A DNA stretch of 64,000 bases from Anaerolineales bacterium (GTDB taxonomy: Bacteria > Chloroflexota > Anaerolineae > Anaerolineales > UBA4823): contig JANXBJ010000007.1 of the NCBI GenBank assembly GCA_025057645.1, positions 46,664 to 110,663 on the forward strand, written 5' to 3'. How positions within the stretch are numbered: the first letter of the stretch is position 1; each line of letters opens with the position of its first letter. The notes under the pieces were generated by a model, which did not search any database, was not told the DNA's origin, and saw only the letters and a program-made list of their open reading frames with translations. Positions 63,478 to 64,000 of the stretch are shown in pieces. A program made the position numbers and the translations under genes.

Positions 63478-63505
63478 AGTATAACTCAGATTGACATTTT
63501 GTCAA
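63478..63505 (-). promoter_or_regulatory. Sigma-70-like promoter facing the XRE-led array (TTGACA-16-TATACT on the minus strand)
   Basis: The reverse complement of 63500-63505 is TTGACA and that of 63478-63483 is TATACT, with a 16-nt spacer. Confidence 0.5.
63491..63505. promoter_or_regulatory. Perfect palindrome TTGACAtttTGTCAA, candidate operator
   Basis: 6-bp arms with a 3-nt spacer. It overlaps the -35 of the minus-strand promoter and lies in the predicted xylA leader. Confidence 0.45.
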
Positions 63506-63543
63506 TGGGTTTTTGCCCAATCTTCCTGAAAGAGAGGGAAAAA

Positions 63544-64000
63544 ATGGCTGAATATACCCCTAAACCGGAACACAAATTCACCTTTGGACTCTGGACCGTG
63601 GGCTCGAGAGGGGCGGATCCCTTCGGGCAACCAGTGCGTCCTACTAGAAGCCCAGCCGAACTGGTTTACCTCCTTGGAGAAGTGGGCGCCTACGGAGTCA
63701 ACTTCCACGATAACGACTTGATCCCCATCGATGCAACACCCGCTGAAGCCGAAGCGATTAAGAAAGCATTCCGCAAAGCCCTCCAAGATACGGGTTTGGT
63801 CGTGCCGATGGCAACAACCAATTTGTTTAGCGACCCAATCTTCAAGGATGGCGCTTTCACAAGCAACAACCCCAAAGTGCGCGCCTACGCCTTACAGAAG
63901 ACAATGAAAGCCATTGATCTAGGGGTGGAGTTTGGCGCAAAAATCTATGTGTTCTGGGGAGGTCGGGAAGGTACTGAAACCGACTCCAGTAAAAGCGCAG
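63544..64000 (+). CDS. xylA: Xylose isomerase, class I (N-terminal part; gene continues beyond window)
   Basis: ATG 63544 preceded by [40 protein letters not shown]...NFHDNDLIP...FTSNNP...VFWGGREG matches the actinobacterial/Thermus-type XylA N-terminus. The frame is open to the window edge. Confidence 0.9.
   Translation, partial: MAEYTPKPEHKFTFGLWTVGSRGADPFGQPVRPTRSPAELVYLLGEVGAYGVNFHDNDLIPIDATPAEAEAIKKAFRKALQDTGLVVPMATTNLFSDPIFKDGAFTSNNPKVRAYALQKTMKAIDLGVEFGAKIYVFWGGREGTETDSSKSA

Noticed and set aside
1-64000. Search for selenoprotein genes (in-frame TGA joining two same-frame ORFs), prompted by selB.
   Set aside because: All gene junctions are explained by ordinary stops followed by new starts with their own N-terminal signatures. 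I saw no split family domain across a TGA. A computational SECIS/UGA scan would still be needed to be sure.
1-64000. Mobile elements, CRISPR arrays, defence systems and toxin-antitoxin pairs.
   Set aside because: I saw no transposase, integrase or recombinase-like ORFs, no terminal inverted repeats, no regularly spaced direct repeats, and no small paired ORFs in the gaps. The window looks like core or metabolic chromosome rather than a mobile island.

Overview
The window is densely coding, moderately GC-rich chromosomal DNA. I call 52 CDS, two of them truncated at the window edges. I saw no rRNA, tRNA, CRISPR array, transposase or integrase. The taxon cannot be fixed without a database search. 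A class I xylose isomerase, DUF11/sortase surface proteins, an LLM (possibly F420-type) oxidoreductase and lipoprotein binding proteins with long tethers are reminiscent of Chloroflexota-like thermophiles, but that is inference only.

The content is dominated by uptake and breakdown of nucleoside or N-heterocycle compounds:
- Locus 1 (1-12226, + strand): carbamoyltransferase, carbamate kinase, a BMP-type ABC importer, two fold-type-II PLP enzymes, a GT2, a hypothetical protein and a hydantoinase. Three degenerate antiporter-like membrane proteins follow, to 15820.
- 15958-22124: a coiled-coil gene, an orphan selB, and a 1004-aa DUF11 surface protein fused through an LPGTG motif and two TM helices to a sortase domain.
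- 22313-26457 (- strand): PfkB kinase, ParA, ParB and a YtcJ-type amidohydrolase.
- Locus 2 (26702-36951, + strand): FolM/PTR1-like SDR, DhnA-type aldolase, a second BMP ABC importer, SDR, Zn-ADH and an FGGY kinase.
- 36948-63407 (- strand): a 26.5 kb, 21-gene unidirectional array.
- 63544-64000: the start of xylA, divergent from the array.

The 21-gene array is the most interesting object. It combines homologues of the YgeW/YgeY/HyuA/SsnA/XdhD purine-catabolic core with a UbiD decarboxylase, an LLM oxidoreductase, a tungsten-type AOR plus a MoaD-like protein, 2-oxoacid dehydrogenase E1/E2, GH31 and a CUT1 sugar importer. It is headed by an XRE-cupin regulator. I read it as a candidate undescribed heterocycle degradation pathway.

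All functional calls come from motifs read by eye in the supplied translations. No searches were run.
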